A stretch of DNA of 64,000 nt. Source: an uncultured delta proteobacterium (lineage in GTDB: Bacteria; Desulfobacterota; WTBG01; JAGOGO01). Position 1 is the stretch's first letter. Each line of letters begins with the position of its first letter. The translations under genes and the position numbers were made by a program. The stretch is taken from NCBI GenBank assembly GCA_963727835.1, contig CAVSIB010000030.1, positions 5,127 through 69,126 of the forward strand. The letters are read 5' to 3'. Below the pieces are notes generated by a model. That model searched no databases, was not told the origin of the DNA, and was given only the letters and a program-made list of their open reading frames with translations. Of the stretch, positions 48,419 through 57,759 are shown piece by piece.

Positions 48419-49450
48419 ATGCGCGTTGCAATGTATTACCGTAATCATGATGTCCGGCTCGAGGAAATGCCGGTTCCCTTGATCGGACCCGGTGAACTGC
48501 TGGTAAAAATTTATTCGAGTGGTGTTTGCGGAAGCGATGTGATGGAATGGTACCGGATCAATAAAGCGCCGTTGGTGCTGGGCCATGAAATTGCGGGAGA
48601 AGTGGTTGAGGTTGGCGAGGGAGTAAAATTATTCGTTAAAGGTGATCGCGTCGCCGCGACTCATCATGTTCCCTGCTTTTCTTGTCATTACTGCGTGAGC
48701 GGTCATGAAACGGTCTGCGACACATTGCTTTCTGGCACGCATTTTGATCCCGGTGGTTTCTGTGAATATGTCCGCCTTCCGGCGATTAATGTTGACTGGG
48801 GAACGTGGAAGTTACCTGATACCATGACCTATGATGAAGCAACCTTTGTTGAACCGCTCGCCTGCATTCTCCGTGGTTTGCGCGCGGTTAAGTTCGAACC
48901 CGGGAAAAGTGTTTTAGTGCTGGGAAGCGGCATTTCGGGATTGCTTTTTATCAGCCTTGCCCGAGCCCTGGGCGCAACTCGCATCATTGCCACTGATGTG
49001 AATACCTATCGGCTTAAGGCTGGCAAACAGGTTGGCGCTGACGATACGATAGACGGACGCCAAAATGTATCCCTGCTTTTTCGTGAACGTAACCAAGGAC
49101 GTGGTGCAGATGTAGTCATTGTGACCGCTGGTGTCGTGGGTACTTTCGAACAAGCACTGCAGGCAGTCGAACGAGGCGGTACTATCCTTTTCTTCGCCCC
49201 CACCAGAGAAAATATCACAATACCGCTTTCCATCAACGATGTCTTTTGGCGCAAAGATATTACTTTGACCACAACGTATGCCGGCAGCCCTGCTGATTGC
49301 GTGACTGCTCTTAAAATTATTCGTGCCAAGCGTGTACCCCTTCACGACATGATTACCCATCGTTTTGGTCTTCAAGAAACCGTTAAGGGTTTCGAGTTAG
49401 TAGAAAAAGGGGATGAGTCAATCAAGATCATTATTCGGCCCCAAGAATAA
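48419..49450 (+). CDS. Zinc-dependent medium-chain alcohol/polyol dehydrogenase
   Basis: CGSDV...GHEIAGEVVEVG, structural-zinc CFSCHYCVSGHETVC, and GSGISG NAD fold; 343 aa. Confidence 0.88.
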   Translation: MRVAMYYRNHDVRLEEMPVPLIGPGELLVKIYSSGVCGSDVMEWYRINKAPLVLGHEIAGEVVEVGEGVKLFVKGDRVAATHHVPCFSCHYCVSGHETVCDTLLSGTHFDPGGFCEYVRLPAINVDWGTWKLPDTMTYDEATFVEPLACILRGLRAVKFEPGKSVLVLGSGISGLLFISLARALGATRIIATDVNTYRLKAGKQVGADDTIDGRQNVSLLFRERNQGRGADVVIVTAGVVGTFEQALQAVERGGTILFFAPTRENITIPLSINDVFWRKDITLTTTYAGSPADCVTALKIIRAKRVPLHDMITHRFGLQETVKGFELVEKGDESIKIIIRPQE

Positions 49451-49529
49451 AAAAGGGCTGAATTAAAAACGTGCAGGGCCGAATAGGAACCAATAAGCAA
49501 ATCTAAAAAATTTATCAAGGAGGAAAACA

Positions 49530-50411
49530 ATGCCGGAAATAGATCAAGAAGGAAAAGATTATGGTCTCGATATTCCCGTAAAGACTGGGGGGTTTTTTTT
49601 AAAAGGTTCACATGCCCTCGATTGGGGGATGAAAAACCGCCTCTCCCGTATATTTAACCCTGATACCGGTCGCACCGTGATGCTGGCAATTGACCACGGA
49701 TACTTTCAAGGACCGACAACGGGGCTTGAACGGATTGATTTAAACATCGTGCCCCTCGCTCCCTATGCCGACACCCTTATGCTCACCCGGGGTATCTTGC
49801 GCACCACGATACCACCAACCTATCGAGGAGGAATCGTTCTTCGCGCGACTGGCGGGCCGAGTATTTTGAAGGAACTTTCCAATGAACAAATCGCGGTGGA
49901 TATGGAAGATGCAATCCGGCTCAATGTATCGGCATTAGCGGTACAGGTATTTATCGGAGGAGAGTTTGAAACTCAATCCGTACATAACATGACCCGTTTG
50001 GTGGATATGGGAAATCGCTATGGGATTCCTATTCTCGCGGTTACGGCCGTAGGCAAGGATATGGCCCGGGATGCTCGATACTTCCGCCTCGCGTGTCGGA
50101 TCTGTGCTGAACTGGGCGCCCATTATATTAAGACCTACTATATCCCCGATGGTTTTGACACGGTTGCCGCTTCGTGCCCGGTTCCGTTAGTAATGGCGGG
50201 AGGAAAGAAACTCCCTGAACTGGATGCTCTTCAGATGTCCTATAATGCTGTCCAGGAAGGTGCTGCCGGGGTGGATATGGGCCGAAATATCTTCCAATCA
50301 GAGGCACCGGTGGCAATGATCAAAGCAGTTCGAGGAGTTGTTCACGAAGGGCTTAAACCCAAAGAAGCGTACCAGCTTTTTCTCGATATAAAAAATAAAA
50401 AGGTAAAATAA
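49530..50411 (+). CDS. LsrF-like DhnA/DeoC-family class I aldolase/thiolase
   Basis: Long collinear similarity, recalled from memory, to E. coli LsrF: [38 protein letters not shown]...IKTYY...[11 protein letters not shown]. Confidence 0.75.
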   Translation: MPEIDQEGKDYGLDIPVKTGGFFLKGSHALDWGMKNRLSRIFNPDTGRTVMLAIDHGYFQGPTTGLERIDLNIVPLAPYADTLMLTRGILRTTIPPTYRGGIVLRATGGPSILKELSNEQIAVDMEDAIRLNVSALAVQVFIGGEFETQSVHNMTRLVDMGNRYGIPILAVTAVGKDMARDARYFRLACRICAELGAHYIKTYYIPDGFDTVAASCPVPLVMAGGKKLPELDALQMSYNAVQEGAAGVDMGRNIFQSEAPVAMIKAVRGVVHEGLKPKEAYQLFLDIKNKKVK

Positions 50412-50479
50412 AAATCGTGGCATAATCTGCGGCGTATCGCGGGCGGCGATTTCACATCGCGGTCAAAACGTGCTGAGCG

Positions 50480-52450
50480 TTAATTGTCCAGCACCTCTCG
50501 TATTTTAAACAAAATCTCTTCCGGCGAGACGGGTTTACCAATAAAATTTAACCCCTCAAGAATTGCTTGTTCATCAATAATCTCAGCGGAATAACCGCTG
50601 ATAAAAACTGCTTTTATCTCCGGCTTGATTTTTTTTATGGCATCGTAAGCCTCTTTTCCATTCTTTTTAGGCATGATGACATCCAGAAGCAAGAGATGGA
50701 TATCATCCTTGTGTTTTAGAAATTGTTCGATCGCATTTTCTCCATCGCGTGCTTCGAGGACTTTGTACCCAAATTCTTCCAGGATTCCTTTCACTAGGCT
50801 CGCAACTGCCGGATCATCGTCTGCGACAAGTATTGTCTCAGTACCCCTTTTAAGCGGGGGCGAAGCTTTTTCTTCTTGCCTTTCAAATGTCGAATCAATC
50901 AAGGGAAGATAAATATTAAAGGTTGTTCCTTTACCAACCTCACTTTTAACGTCAATATACCCGTCATGTTGTTTCACAATGCCATAGACCATGGAAAGAC
51001 CAAGACCAGTTCCTTTCCCTACCTCCTTCGTGGTAAAAAAGGGGTCGAAAATTTTTTCCTTAGTCTTCTCATCTATCCCAATACCTGTATCGGTAACCGA
51101 GATAAGGGCATAACCACCTGAGTGTCTGGGTTGTGAGGTGACTACACTATGTGGGAGCAACTGTTCCGCCCCGGTCGTAATAGTTAACACACCACCTTTG
51201 GGCATGGCATCCTTGGCATTGGTAACGAGATTCATGAAGATCTGATCTAACTGCCCTTGGTCAGCCATGATAATCAAATCTTTATTGCACAGTTCGATCT
51301 TAAACTCTATGTCTTCTTTAATGAGTCTCCCGAGGAGCTTTTTTAAGTTGCTGATACTTTCATTAAGATTTAATGACCTCGGAGCACTCAACTGTTTTCT
51401 GCTAAACGCAAGAAGGTTCTTGGTCAGACTTGCTGCCCTTTGGGCTGAGTCAAGTATTTGTGCAACATGAGAACTGATCGGGCTTCCTTGTGGAATTTTC
51501 ATTTGAATAAGCCCCCCAAAACCCATTATCGCCGTGAGGATATTATTAAAGTCATGGGCTATGCCGCCGGCCAGAGTTCCGATTGCTTCCATTTTTTGGG
51601 CATGCCAGAGCTGTTCTTGGAGTTGTTCTTTTTCTGCTTCCCTTTTTTTTAACGCATCAAGCATAGTGTTAAATGCGTCAGCGAGCTTGCCGATTTCATC
51701 CCCGGTCTCAACCCCCACATCACTGACCACGCCTCCAATACCGAGAGTGTACACCCCTGCAGTCAATCGTTTAAGGGGAATTGTTATCTGCCTGGTCATA
51801 ATAAATATAAGTAAAGAACCGATGCTCCAAAAAACAAAACCTATTAAAATACTTTTTAATAACAGGATATTGAGCTGTTTTTTAAGTTCGACTTTATCAA
51901 TGGTTAATTTTGCAAAACCAGTGATAAGTTCCTTTTTTTTCGAAGGGCGCTCTCCCAGAACCAGATATTCTTCAGAAGCATATCCTGCGACTGTGATGAC
52001 CGGCGACCATAATTCCATAGAGTCCTTGCCCTTAAGCAAACACAGAGGCTGATCCTGCCGGAAACTTGCAATTACGTTACCCGGGACTTTTTCATTTTCG
52101 TCTGCTGATGTTTGCTGATCCGTGACTTTATATTTCTTTAGCTTTTTAAACAAATTTTTTTGCAGATTAAATACAGAAACCTCTAAGACGCTTTCCTGTT
52201 GAAAAATTCCTTCAACCGCATCTCTGAGCAGGTCTTTATTTTCTGAAAGAACGCCGAGCCTCACGCTGTAAGCAAGGACCCCGACAAGTAATTCTGAGTT
52301 TTTCATCAGAGTATTGGTGAGCGCTTTTCTTTGCTGATAGTAAAAAAAGATCGTAAAAACAGAGGAAATGATGAAGAAAAAAATTGTAAAGGTAACGAAT
52401 ACCTTAATGCTGAATTTTTCACGCAAGAGCTTAAGAAAATTTAAATTCAT
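50480..52450 (-). CDS. Hybrid sensor histidine kinase/response regulator (TM-sensor-TM-HAMP-HisKA-HATPase-REC)
   Basis: H-box [11 protein letters not shown], the G-box DTGIGI/GTGLGL, and a C-terminal receiver ILVADDD...LLLDVIMP; 656 aa. Confidence 0.9.
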   Translation of the reverse strand: MNLNFLKLLREKFSIKVFVTFTIFFFIISSVFTIFFYYQQRKALTNTLMKNSELLVGVLAYSVRLGVLSENKDLLRDAVEGIFQQESVLEVSVFNLQKNLFKKLKKYKVTDQQTSADENEKVPGNVIASFRQDQPLCLLKGKDSMELWSPVITVAGYASEEYLVLGERPSKKKELITGFAKLTIDKVELKKQLNILLLKSILIGFVFWSIGSLLIFIMTRQITIPLKRLTAGVYTLGIGGVVSDVGVETGDEIGKLADAFNTMLDALKKREAEKEQLQEQLWHAQKMEAIGTLAGGIAHDFNNILTAIMGFGGLIQMKIPQGSPISSHVAQILDSAQRAASLTKNLLAFSRKQLSAPRSLNLNESISNLKKLLGRLIKEDIEFKIELCNKDLIIMADQGQLDQIFMNLVTNAKDAMPKGGVLTITTGAEQLLPHSVVTSQPRHSGGYALISVTDTGIGIDEKTKEKIFDPFFTTKEVGKGTGLGLSMVYGIVKQHDGYIDVKSEVGKGTTFNIYLPLIDSTFERQEEKASPPLKRGTETILVADDDPAVASLVKGILEEFGYKVLEARDGENAIEQFLKHKDDIHLLLLDVIMPKKNGKEAYDAIKKIKPEIKAVFISGYSAEIIDEQAILEGLNFIGKPVSPEEILFKIREVLDN

Positions 52451-52459
52451 CTTGTGCCT

Positions 52460-53380
52460 TTACTTCAGAATCTTAGCTTTTTCTAAGACCTTCTCATCAA
52501 TAGTGATTCCCAACTTTTTTGCTATCTTGAGGTTAATTAATATTACTGCCTTCCTGGCATCAATGCGCTGAACATCCCTCTTACCCCCATTGGAAAGGAT
52601 TGCTTTAGCCATTTCACCGGCCTGATTGCCTATATCAAAGGGGTCTACGCTGATTGACATTAATGCACCGAGCTCAACATATTTTACTGAAAAGGAGATG
52701 ATCGGTTTCTGATTTTCGAGCAAGAAGAGAAGCAGAAAATCGATGGTCTCAGGAGAATACACGGTGATATCCGGGATCATCCAGAAGGCATCTATCTTGT
52801 TTCGAAGATTCTTTAAGGCGGAAGGGACCTCTTTTGTGCTCTGAACTTTTTCTTTTATCAAAGAGATACCCATGGTATTAGCCGCATGCACCGCCTCTTT
52901 TATAAAATTGCCGGTCCTATCCGGGTTATATAAGGTACCGATCGTTTTTGTTGCTGGTAAAACCTCTAGGAGGGTAGCGACCTGCCTTTCGGGAGATAGA
53001 GTCATACTGATACCGCTGATATTCTTTTCACCGAAAGTAATTGCCTGAGGATTGAGAACCATCATATAAATAATCGGAATGTCCTCGATCTCTTTTATTT
53101 CTGTGAGCGCATCCATCCCGATGGCGAGAATAAGTTCCGGTTTGTTGAATTGAATTAACTGGGAAGGGTTGATTTTCTCCTGGTCGGAAAGAACTACTTT
53201 CGTAATCTCAGCATCACAGACACTTTTAAAACCGGCAAGCGCTTCCTCATATGGTGCAACGCTAAGGCTCTGGACAACGAGTACCCTCTGCCCAGCTTCT
53301 GCCAAACCGTTGCAACATACTAATATTAAAAAGGAAGTAAAGATTTTTGTAATCACGAATTTCTGTTGCGATACCGTCAT
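52460..53380 (-). CDS. ABC-transporter-type periplasmic substrate-binding protein (ABC_sub_bind family), co-oriented with the kinase
   Basis: A 306-aa ORF with a signal peptide and family-typical ...LNLKIAKKLGITI... at the C-terminus. It lies 10 nt upstream of the kinase gene. Confidence 0.7.
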   Translation of the reverse strand: MTVSQQKFVITKIFTSFLILVCCNGLAEAGQRVLVVQSLSVAPYEEALAGFKSVCDAEITKVVLSDQEKINPSQLIQFNKPELILAIGMDALTEIKEIEDIPIIYMMVLNPQAITFGEKNISGISMTLSPERQVATLLEVLPATKTIGTLYNPDRTGNFIKEAVHAANTMGISLIKEKVQSTKEVPSALKNLRNKIDAFWMIPDITVYSPETIDFLLLFLLENQKPIISFSVKYVELGALMSISVDPFDIGNQAGEMAKAILSNGGKRDVQRIDARKAVILINLKIAKKLGITIDEKVLEKAKILK

Positions 53381-53591
53381 TGAGTCAAAAATCTTTTAAG
53401 TGTCTCTTTGTTTACCCCCCCTTTCGGGAAAAGGGGGCAAAGGGGGGTTCCAGCCTGTCCGGCGATGGCTGCTCATGCTGTTTTATAAAGTTTAGCGTGG
53501 TATTATACATATTTTATGAGTTTTTCAACAGCCTGATAATTCGCAACGCCCTTTTTTACAATAATTTTTTGTAAAAAAACAAAAAAATTGC

Positions 53592-53625
53592 TTGCATTAA
53601 AAAAAATTGGTGATAAAAATATCCA
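53592..53625 (+). promoter_or_regulatory. Candidate promoter with an overlapping Fur-box-like sequence upstream of the TonB-dependent receptor
   Basis: TTGCAT (53592-53597), a 16-nt spacer, then TAAAAA. TGATAAAAATATCCA (53611-53625) matches TGATAATnATTATCA at 11 of 14 specified positions. Confidence 0.3.
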
Positions 53626-53770
53626 ATAAAAACTATTGGGTTAAAAACAAATATTTACACGATAGTTAAAGAGTAGCGCATAAGCAATAAATAAAATTAG
53701 ACATATCGTATCATAGGTTGGGTTAAAAAATAAATAAAATTTTTCACATTAAAAAATAATATTTATTATA

Positions 53771-55726
53771 ATGAATTTTAGGAACCGAGACATTCTAATT
53801 GTTTGTTTTTTTGTGTTCTTTTCTACCCTCCCCCTCTTTCTTTTCTGTCCACCCTCCTTTGCCCAGTCAGAGGAGGAAATGCAAACTCTCCAGATGTTTT
53901 ATAAGGAAAAAGACCTGGTAGTATCCGCTACCAGAAACCTCGAACCAATCTCTCAGGTTGCCGAAAATATCACGGTTATTACTGCCAAAGACATCGAGCA
54001 TATGAATGCCCATACTGTGGCTGATGTCCTGAACCGTGTCCCGGGTCTCTTCATTAATTATAATCAGGACTTCGGCGCCCCCTCGTTGCTTCAAATCCAG
54101 GGCTCGGAGCCGAGGCATGTCCTCGTTGTGGTTGACGGCATCAAGTGGAATTCTCTGGCAAGCGGGGCGGCTGAAACAAACGCTATTCCGGTAGATATCA
54201 TCGAACGCATAGAGATAATCAAAGGCCCTGCCTCATCATCCTGGGGTTCAGCTTTAGGAGGGGTGGTAAACATCATCACCAAGGACGCAGGAAACACCAG
54301 CCGGCCTTCAGGCTCTCTAAGCGCTTCGTATGGGGAAAGAGAAACCCAGGATTATAGGGCTCAGGTTGCGGGGTTAGCCGGGACAGTAGGGTATTATCTT
54401 TATGCAGGGCACCAGGAATCTGACGGTTTCAGAGAATCGCGGGATTTTGAGACTTACAGCCTTTACTCCAAGGTTCATCTCCCGGTCACAAGCAAGGTAA
54501 CTACTGACTTTACTCTCGGGTACAGTGAACCGGACCAGAAGGTTGGGGATTTTCCGGGCGAGGATATTACCCAACGAGCAGCAAATCCGACTTTTTTTGC
54601 AACTGCGTCCCTTGATGCCTCCCTTTCCAAAGAGTTAAGCTTTGCAGCATCCTTTCACGAATTCAAGCAAAGATTTTCCGAGTGGTTCAATTCCCTCGGG
54701 CTTTACGGGCTTCCTTTTGATCCTCCCGGAGCATTGTATGAGCATGAGGTTTATGATGAGGAAACCACGGGAGGGGATGCAAAGTTTACCTGGGCTCATG
54801 GGATCCACACCGCAGTTCTTGGAGGAGAATTTGATCGCGGCACGCTCGACCAGACGATCAAGGCCGGGACTTTACTTCAATTATATGGCTTTCCAGCAAT
54901 TGCGACTACCAGCCCGGGCATTGACCGGTGGGCAGTATATGCCAATGACACCATTGTCATTGACCGGTGGTCCATCACCCCGGGGGTCAGGTATGACCGA
55001 AACAACATTACCGGCTCATTTGTCAGTCCAAGCCTTGGCATAACCTACCAGGTTTGGCGAGATTCTGTTTTACGCGCTTCAGTGACGCGTGGTTTTACCA
55101 TCCCTCCTTTATCCTGGACGTCCGGGGGGGGGTTAACTCTTCTTCCCAACCCAAGTCTAAACCCGGAAAAAATCATGTCCTACCAGTGTGGCGGGGAAAC
55201 CGCGGTGCTCAAGTACTTCTGGTTAAAGGCGACCTTGTTCCGGCATGAGGTGGAAGATACCTTAAGCCCTAACTATGAACCACCACCATCCCCATATTAC
55301 ATCATTGTCAATGGCAAAAAGACCAGGAGACAGGGCGGAGAAATTGAACTGCAAACCGTCCCGGTTTATAATTTTTATTTTGTCGGCGGATATTCTTACG
55401 TCCATTATTCCCCTCCCAGCGAATCTACCGCCACCAAAGACTCCTATTCCTATTCTCTCGGTTTCAGATACGATGACAATAGATCTTTCCGGGGGGAACT
55501 TTTTGGCCATTATGTGTGGTGGGACCTTGATCCCAGTTTTATGGCAAAATACCATGCTTTTATCTGGGACCTGAACCTTACCAAGAAAATCTTCCTCCAG
55601 GAGAAGACCTCATCTGAGCTTTTCTTTACTGCCCACAACCTTTTTAACGGCGCTCAGTATTTTTCTGTGGAAAGCGAAAACCCCCGACGGTGGGTAGAGG
55701 CCGGAATAAGAATTAAATTTAAATAA
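53771..55726 (+). CDS. TonB-dependent outer-membrane receptor
   Basis: Signal peptide, plug domain ITVITAKDIEHMNAHTVADVLNRVPGL...VVDGI, a long beta-barrel, and a C-terminal aromatic-rich strand; 651 aa. Confidence 0.9.
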   Translation: MNFRNRDILIVCFFVFFSTLPLFLFCPPSFAQSEEEMQTLQMFYKEKDLVVSATRNLEPISQVAENITVITAKDIEHMNAHTVADVLNRVPGLFINYNQDFGAPSLLQIQGSEPRHVLVVVDGIKWNSLASGAAETNAIPVDIIERIEIIKGPASSSWGSALGGVVNIITKDAGNTSRPSGSLSASYGERETQDYRAQVAGLAGTVGYYLYAGHQESDGFRESRDFETYSLYSKVHLPVTSKVTTDFTLGYSEPDQKVGDFPGEDITQRAANPTFFATASLDASLSKELSFAASFHEFKQRFSEWFNSLGLYGLPFDPPGALYEHEVYDEETTGGDAKFTWAHGIHTAVLGGEFDRGTLDQTIKAGTLLQLYGFPAIATTSPGIDRWAVYANDTIVIDRWSITPGVRYDRNNITGSFVSPSLGITYQVWRDSVLRASVTRGFTIPPLSWTSGGGLTLLPNPSLNPEKIMSYQCGGETAVLKYFWLKATLFRHEVEDTLSPNYEPPPSPYYIIVNGKKTRRQGGEIELQTVPVYNFYFVGGYSYVHYSPPSESTATKDSYSYSLGFRYDDNRSFRGELFGHYVWWDLDPSFMAKYHAFIWDLNLTKKIFLQEKTSSELFFTAHNLFNGAQYFSVESENPRRWVEAGIRIKFK

Positions 55727-56060
55727 ACAAAAACGCCTCAATTAATTAGGCAATGGTTAACCAAGATGATGGTTAATTGTTTTCTGCGAAATCGTTTTCA
55801 CCCGAAATGGCCGGGACAAAGCCGAAACCCCCAGATTCTTTCCTACAACTTAACCAGGCTTAGCCTTGTTATCCACTCAACTGTTGATCATCCCCTATTG
55901 AGTGATTCTTCGGTGTCATTTCTTAGACAAGGCTGACGCAATTTCATCTTTCAGCAGATTGCCACGAATCCTTTGGGTTCTCGCAATGACAAAAGAAATA
56001 AGGTTAATCGTGTAAAAGTATGGATGAAAATTTAGCATAAGCAAGGTGAACTCCCCCATT

Positions 56061-56085
56061 GCCCCCTCTTTTCTAAAGAGGGGGC
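56061..56085. repeat. Perfect 11-bp-stem hairpin (GCCCCCTCTTT-tct-AAAGAGGGGGC), member of a local poly-C/poly-G hairpin family
   Basis: Read directly from the sequence. Related C-run/G-run hairpins occur at 53417-53437, 57641-57672 and 57781-57810. Confidence 0.7.
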
Positions 56086-56123
56086 GAAAACATTAGCATG
56101 CTTAGTAGCCGATCGGAATGTTT

Positions 56124-56152
56124 CTGACAGGTAAATTTTTTAATTCGATAAA
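56124..56152 (+). promoter_or_regulatory. Candidate promoter for the precursor array
   Basis: CTGACA (56124-56129), a 17-nt spacer, then GATAAA (56147-56152). The -35-like element exists only in front of copy 1. Confidence 0.3.
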
Positions 56153-56201
56153 AGTTAATCCTTTATATATTTGTAACCTTTTATTACCAAGGAGGTACGT
56201 T

Positions 56202-56306
56202 ATGAAAGAAGAAAGAATCATTATCATTGACGAAGGTATTGATGAAGTTAACCCGGATGGGTGGCAGGCGTGCTGCTGGGGACCTTTGTTTGCCTTCAGA
56301 GGCTAA
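56202..56306 (+). CDS. RiPP precursor peptide candidate, copy 1 (34 aa: MKEERIIIIDEGIDEVNPDGWQACCWGPLFAFRG)
   Basis: ATG lies 6 nt after AAGGAGG. It has an acidic leader-like N-terminus and a Cys/Trp/Phe-rich C-terminus, and sits upstream of a radical SAM/SPASM gene. Confidence 0.8.
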   Translation: MKEERIIIIDEGIDEVNPDGWQACCWGPLFAFRG

Positions 56307-56367
56307 TGAACCGATAAAAGTTAATCCTTTATATATTTGTAACCTTTTATTACCAAGGAGGTACGTT

Positions 56368-56472
56368 ATGAAAGAAGAAAGAATCATTATCATTGACGAA
56401 GGTATTGATGAAGTTAACCCGGATGGGTGGCAGGCGTGCTGCTGGGGACCTTTGTTTGCCTTCAGAGGCTAA
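56368..56472 (+). CDS. RiPP precursor peptide candidate, copy 2 (identical)
   Basis: Identical unit shifted by 166 bp, with its own AAGGAGG. Confidence 0.8.
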   Translation: MKEERIIIIDEGIDEVNPDGWQACCWGPLFAFRG

Positions 56473-56533
56473 TGAACCGATAAAAGTTAATCCTTTATAT
56501 ATTTGTAACCTTTTATTACCAAGGAGGTACGTT

Positions 56534-56638
56534 ATGAAAGAAGAAAGAATCATTATCATTGACGAAGGTATTGATGAAGTTAACCCGGATGGGTGGCAGG
56601 CGTGCTGCTGGGGACCTTTGTTTGCCTTCAGAGGCTAA
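56534..56638 (+). CDS. RiPP precursor peptide candidate, copy 3 (identical)
   Basis: Identical unit shifted by 332 bp, with its own AAGGAGG. Confidence 0.8.
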   Translation: MKEERIIIIDEGIDEVNPDGWQACCWGPLFAFRG

Positions 56639-56699
56639 TGAACCGATAAAAGTTAATCCTTTATATATTTGTAACCTTTTATTACCAAGGAGGTACGTT

Positions 56700-56804
56700 A
56701 TGAAAGAAGAAAGAATCATTATCATTGACGAAGGTATTGATGAAGTTAACCCGGATGGGTGGCAGGCGTGCTGCTGGGGACCTTTGTTTGCCTTCAGAGG
56801 CTAA
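56700..56804 (+). CDS. RiPP precursor peptide candidate, copy 4 (identical)
   Basis: Identical unit with its own AAGGAGG. Confidence 0.8.
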   Translation: MKEERIIIIDEGIDEVNPDGWQACCWGPLFAFRG

Positions 56805-56865
56805 TGAACCGATAAAAGTTAATCCTTTATATATTTGTAACCTTTTATTACCAAGGAGGTACGTT

Positions 56866-56970
56866 ATGAAAGAAGAAAGAATCATTATCATTGACGAAGG
56901 TATTGATGAAGTTAACCCGGATGGGTGGCAGGCGTGCTGCTGGGGACCTTTGTTTGCCTTCAGAGGCTAA
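56866..56970 (+). CDS. RiPP precursor peptide candidate, copy 5 (identical)
   Basis: Identical unit with its own AAGGAGG. Confidence 0.8.
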   Translation: MKEERIIIIDEGIDEVNPDGWQACCWGPLFAFRG

Positions 56971-57031
56971 TGAACCGATAAAAGTTAATCCTTTATATAT
57001 TTGTAACCTTTTATTACCAAGGAGGTACGTT

Positions 57032-57136
57032 ATGAAAGAAGAAAGAATCATTATCATTGACGAAGGTATTGATGAAGTTAACCCGGATGGGTGGCAGGCG
57101 TGCTGCTGGGGACCTTTGTTTGCCTTCAGAGGCTAA
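57032..57136 (+). CDS. RiPP precursor peptide candidate, copy 6 (identical)
   Basis: Identical unit with its own AAGGAGG. Confidence 0.8.
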   Translation: MKEERIIIIDEGIDEVNPDGWQACCWGPLFAFRG

Positions 57137-57197
57137 TGAACCGATAAAAGTTAATCCTTTATATATTTGTAACCTTTTATTACCAAGGAGGTACGTT

Positions 57198-57302
57198 ATG
57201 AAAGAAGAAAGAATCATTATCATTGACGAAGGTATTGATGAAGTTAACCCGGATGGGTGGCAGGCGTGCTGCTGGGGACCTTTGTTTGCCTTCAGAGGCT
57301 AA
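57198..57302 (+). CDS. RiPP precursor peptide candidate, copy 7 (identical)
   Basis: Identical unit with its own AAGGAGG. Confidence 0.8.
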   Translation: MKEERIIIIDEGIDEVNPDGWQACCWGPLFAFRG

Positions 57303-57363
57303 TGAACCGATAAAAGTTAATCCTTTATATATTTGTAACCTTTTATTACCAAGGAGGTACGTT

Positions 57364-57468
57364 ATGAAAGAAGAAAGAATCATTATCATTGACGAAGGTA
57401 TTGATGAAGTTAACCCGGATGGGTGGCAGGCGTGCTGCTGGGGACCTTTGTTTGCCTTCAGAGGCTAA
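57364..57468 (+). CDS. RiPP precursor peptide candidate, copy 8 (identical)
   Basis: Identical unit with its own AAGGAGG. Confidence 0.8.
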   Translation: MKEERIIIIDEGIDEVNPDGWQACCWGPLFAFRG

Positions 57469-57529
57469 TGAACCGATAAAAGTTAATCCTTTATATATTT
57501 GTAACCTTTTATTACCAAGGAGGTACGTT

Positions 57530-57634
57530 ATGAAAGAAGAAAGAATCATTATCATTGACGAAGGTATTGATGAAGTTAACCCGGATGGGTGGCAGGCGTG
57601 CTGCTGGGGACCTTTGTTTGCCTTCAGAGGCTAA
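57530..57634 (+). CDS. RiPP precursor peptide candidate, copy 9 (identical)
   Basis: Identical unit with its own AAGGAGG. ATG at 57530 was checked on the sequence. Confidence 0.8.
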   Translation: MKEERIIIIDEGIDEVNPDGWQACCWGPLFAFRG

Positions 57635-57640
57635 TGAACC

Positions 57641-57682
57641 GAAAGGGGGGTTATACTTAGTTCCCCCTCTTTTTCTTTTTTA
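57641..57682 (+). terminator. Candidate intrinsic terminator/attenuator between the precursor array and the maturase gene
   Basis: A G-run (57645-57650) pairs with a C-run (57663-57667), flanked by A/T pairs, then TTTTTCTTTTTT. The loop is rather large (about 12 nt). Confidence 0.45.
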
Positions 57683-57729
57683 AAAATCATGGTTCATCGT
57701 GTAAAAACGCAGGTGAAAGGCAAGGAGTA

Positions 57730-57759
57730 TTGATTTACCAAATGCAGACATCATATAAA
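57730..57759 (+). promoter_or_regulatory. Candidate internal promoter for the radical SAM gene
   Basis: TTGATT (57730-57735), an 18-nt spacer, then TATAAA (57754-57759), about 135 nt upstream of ATG 57894. Confidence 0.3.

Larger units (their letters stand above)
56146..57642 (+). repeat. Nine perfect tandem copies of a 166-bp unit (61-bp spacer with SD plus a 105-bp small ORF)
   Basis: ORF ends fall at 56306, 56472, 56638 ... 57634, exactly 166 bp apart. All nine peptides and all read-through ORFs in the track are letter-identical. Divergence occurs only at the outer edges (attCGATAAAAG on the left, AACCGAaaggg on the right). Confidence 0.97.

Noticed and set aside
53400-53770. Cobalamin riboswitch upstream of the TonB-dependent receptor
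   Set aside because: I looked for the conserved B12-box and the surrounding paired regions and did not find them. The region is mostly AT-rich promoter-like DNA.
56118-57634. 81-aa plus-strand ORFs (MTKVLMKLTRMGGRRAAGDLCLPSEANEP...) and 69-aa minus-strand ORFs repeated through the array
   Set aside because: They are by-products of the 166-bp periodicity. The long plus ORFs start in a different frame of the previous unit, lack an SD, and simply read through into the SD-preceded 34-codon gene. The minus ORFs have no SD and are antisense to it.
56146-57642. Possibility that the regular repeat is a CRISPR array or a minisatellite without coding function
   Set aside because: There are no unique spacers; the whole 166-bp unit repeats. 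Each unit also contains a strong AAGGAGG-6 nt-ATG and an intact ORF next to a peptide-modifying enzyme gene, so coding function is the better explanation.
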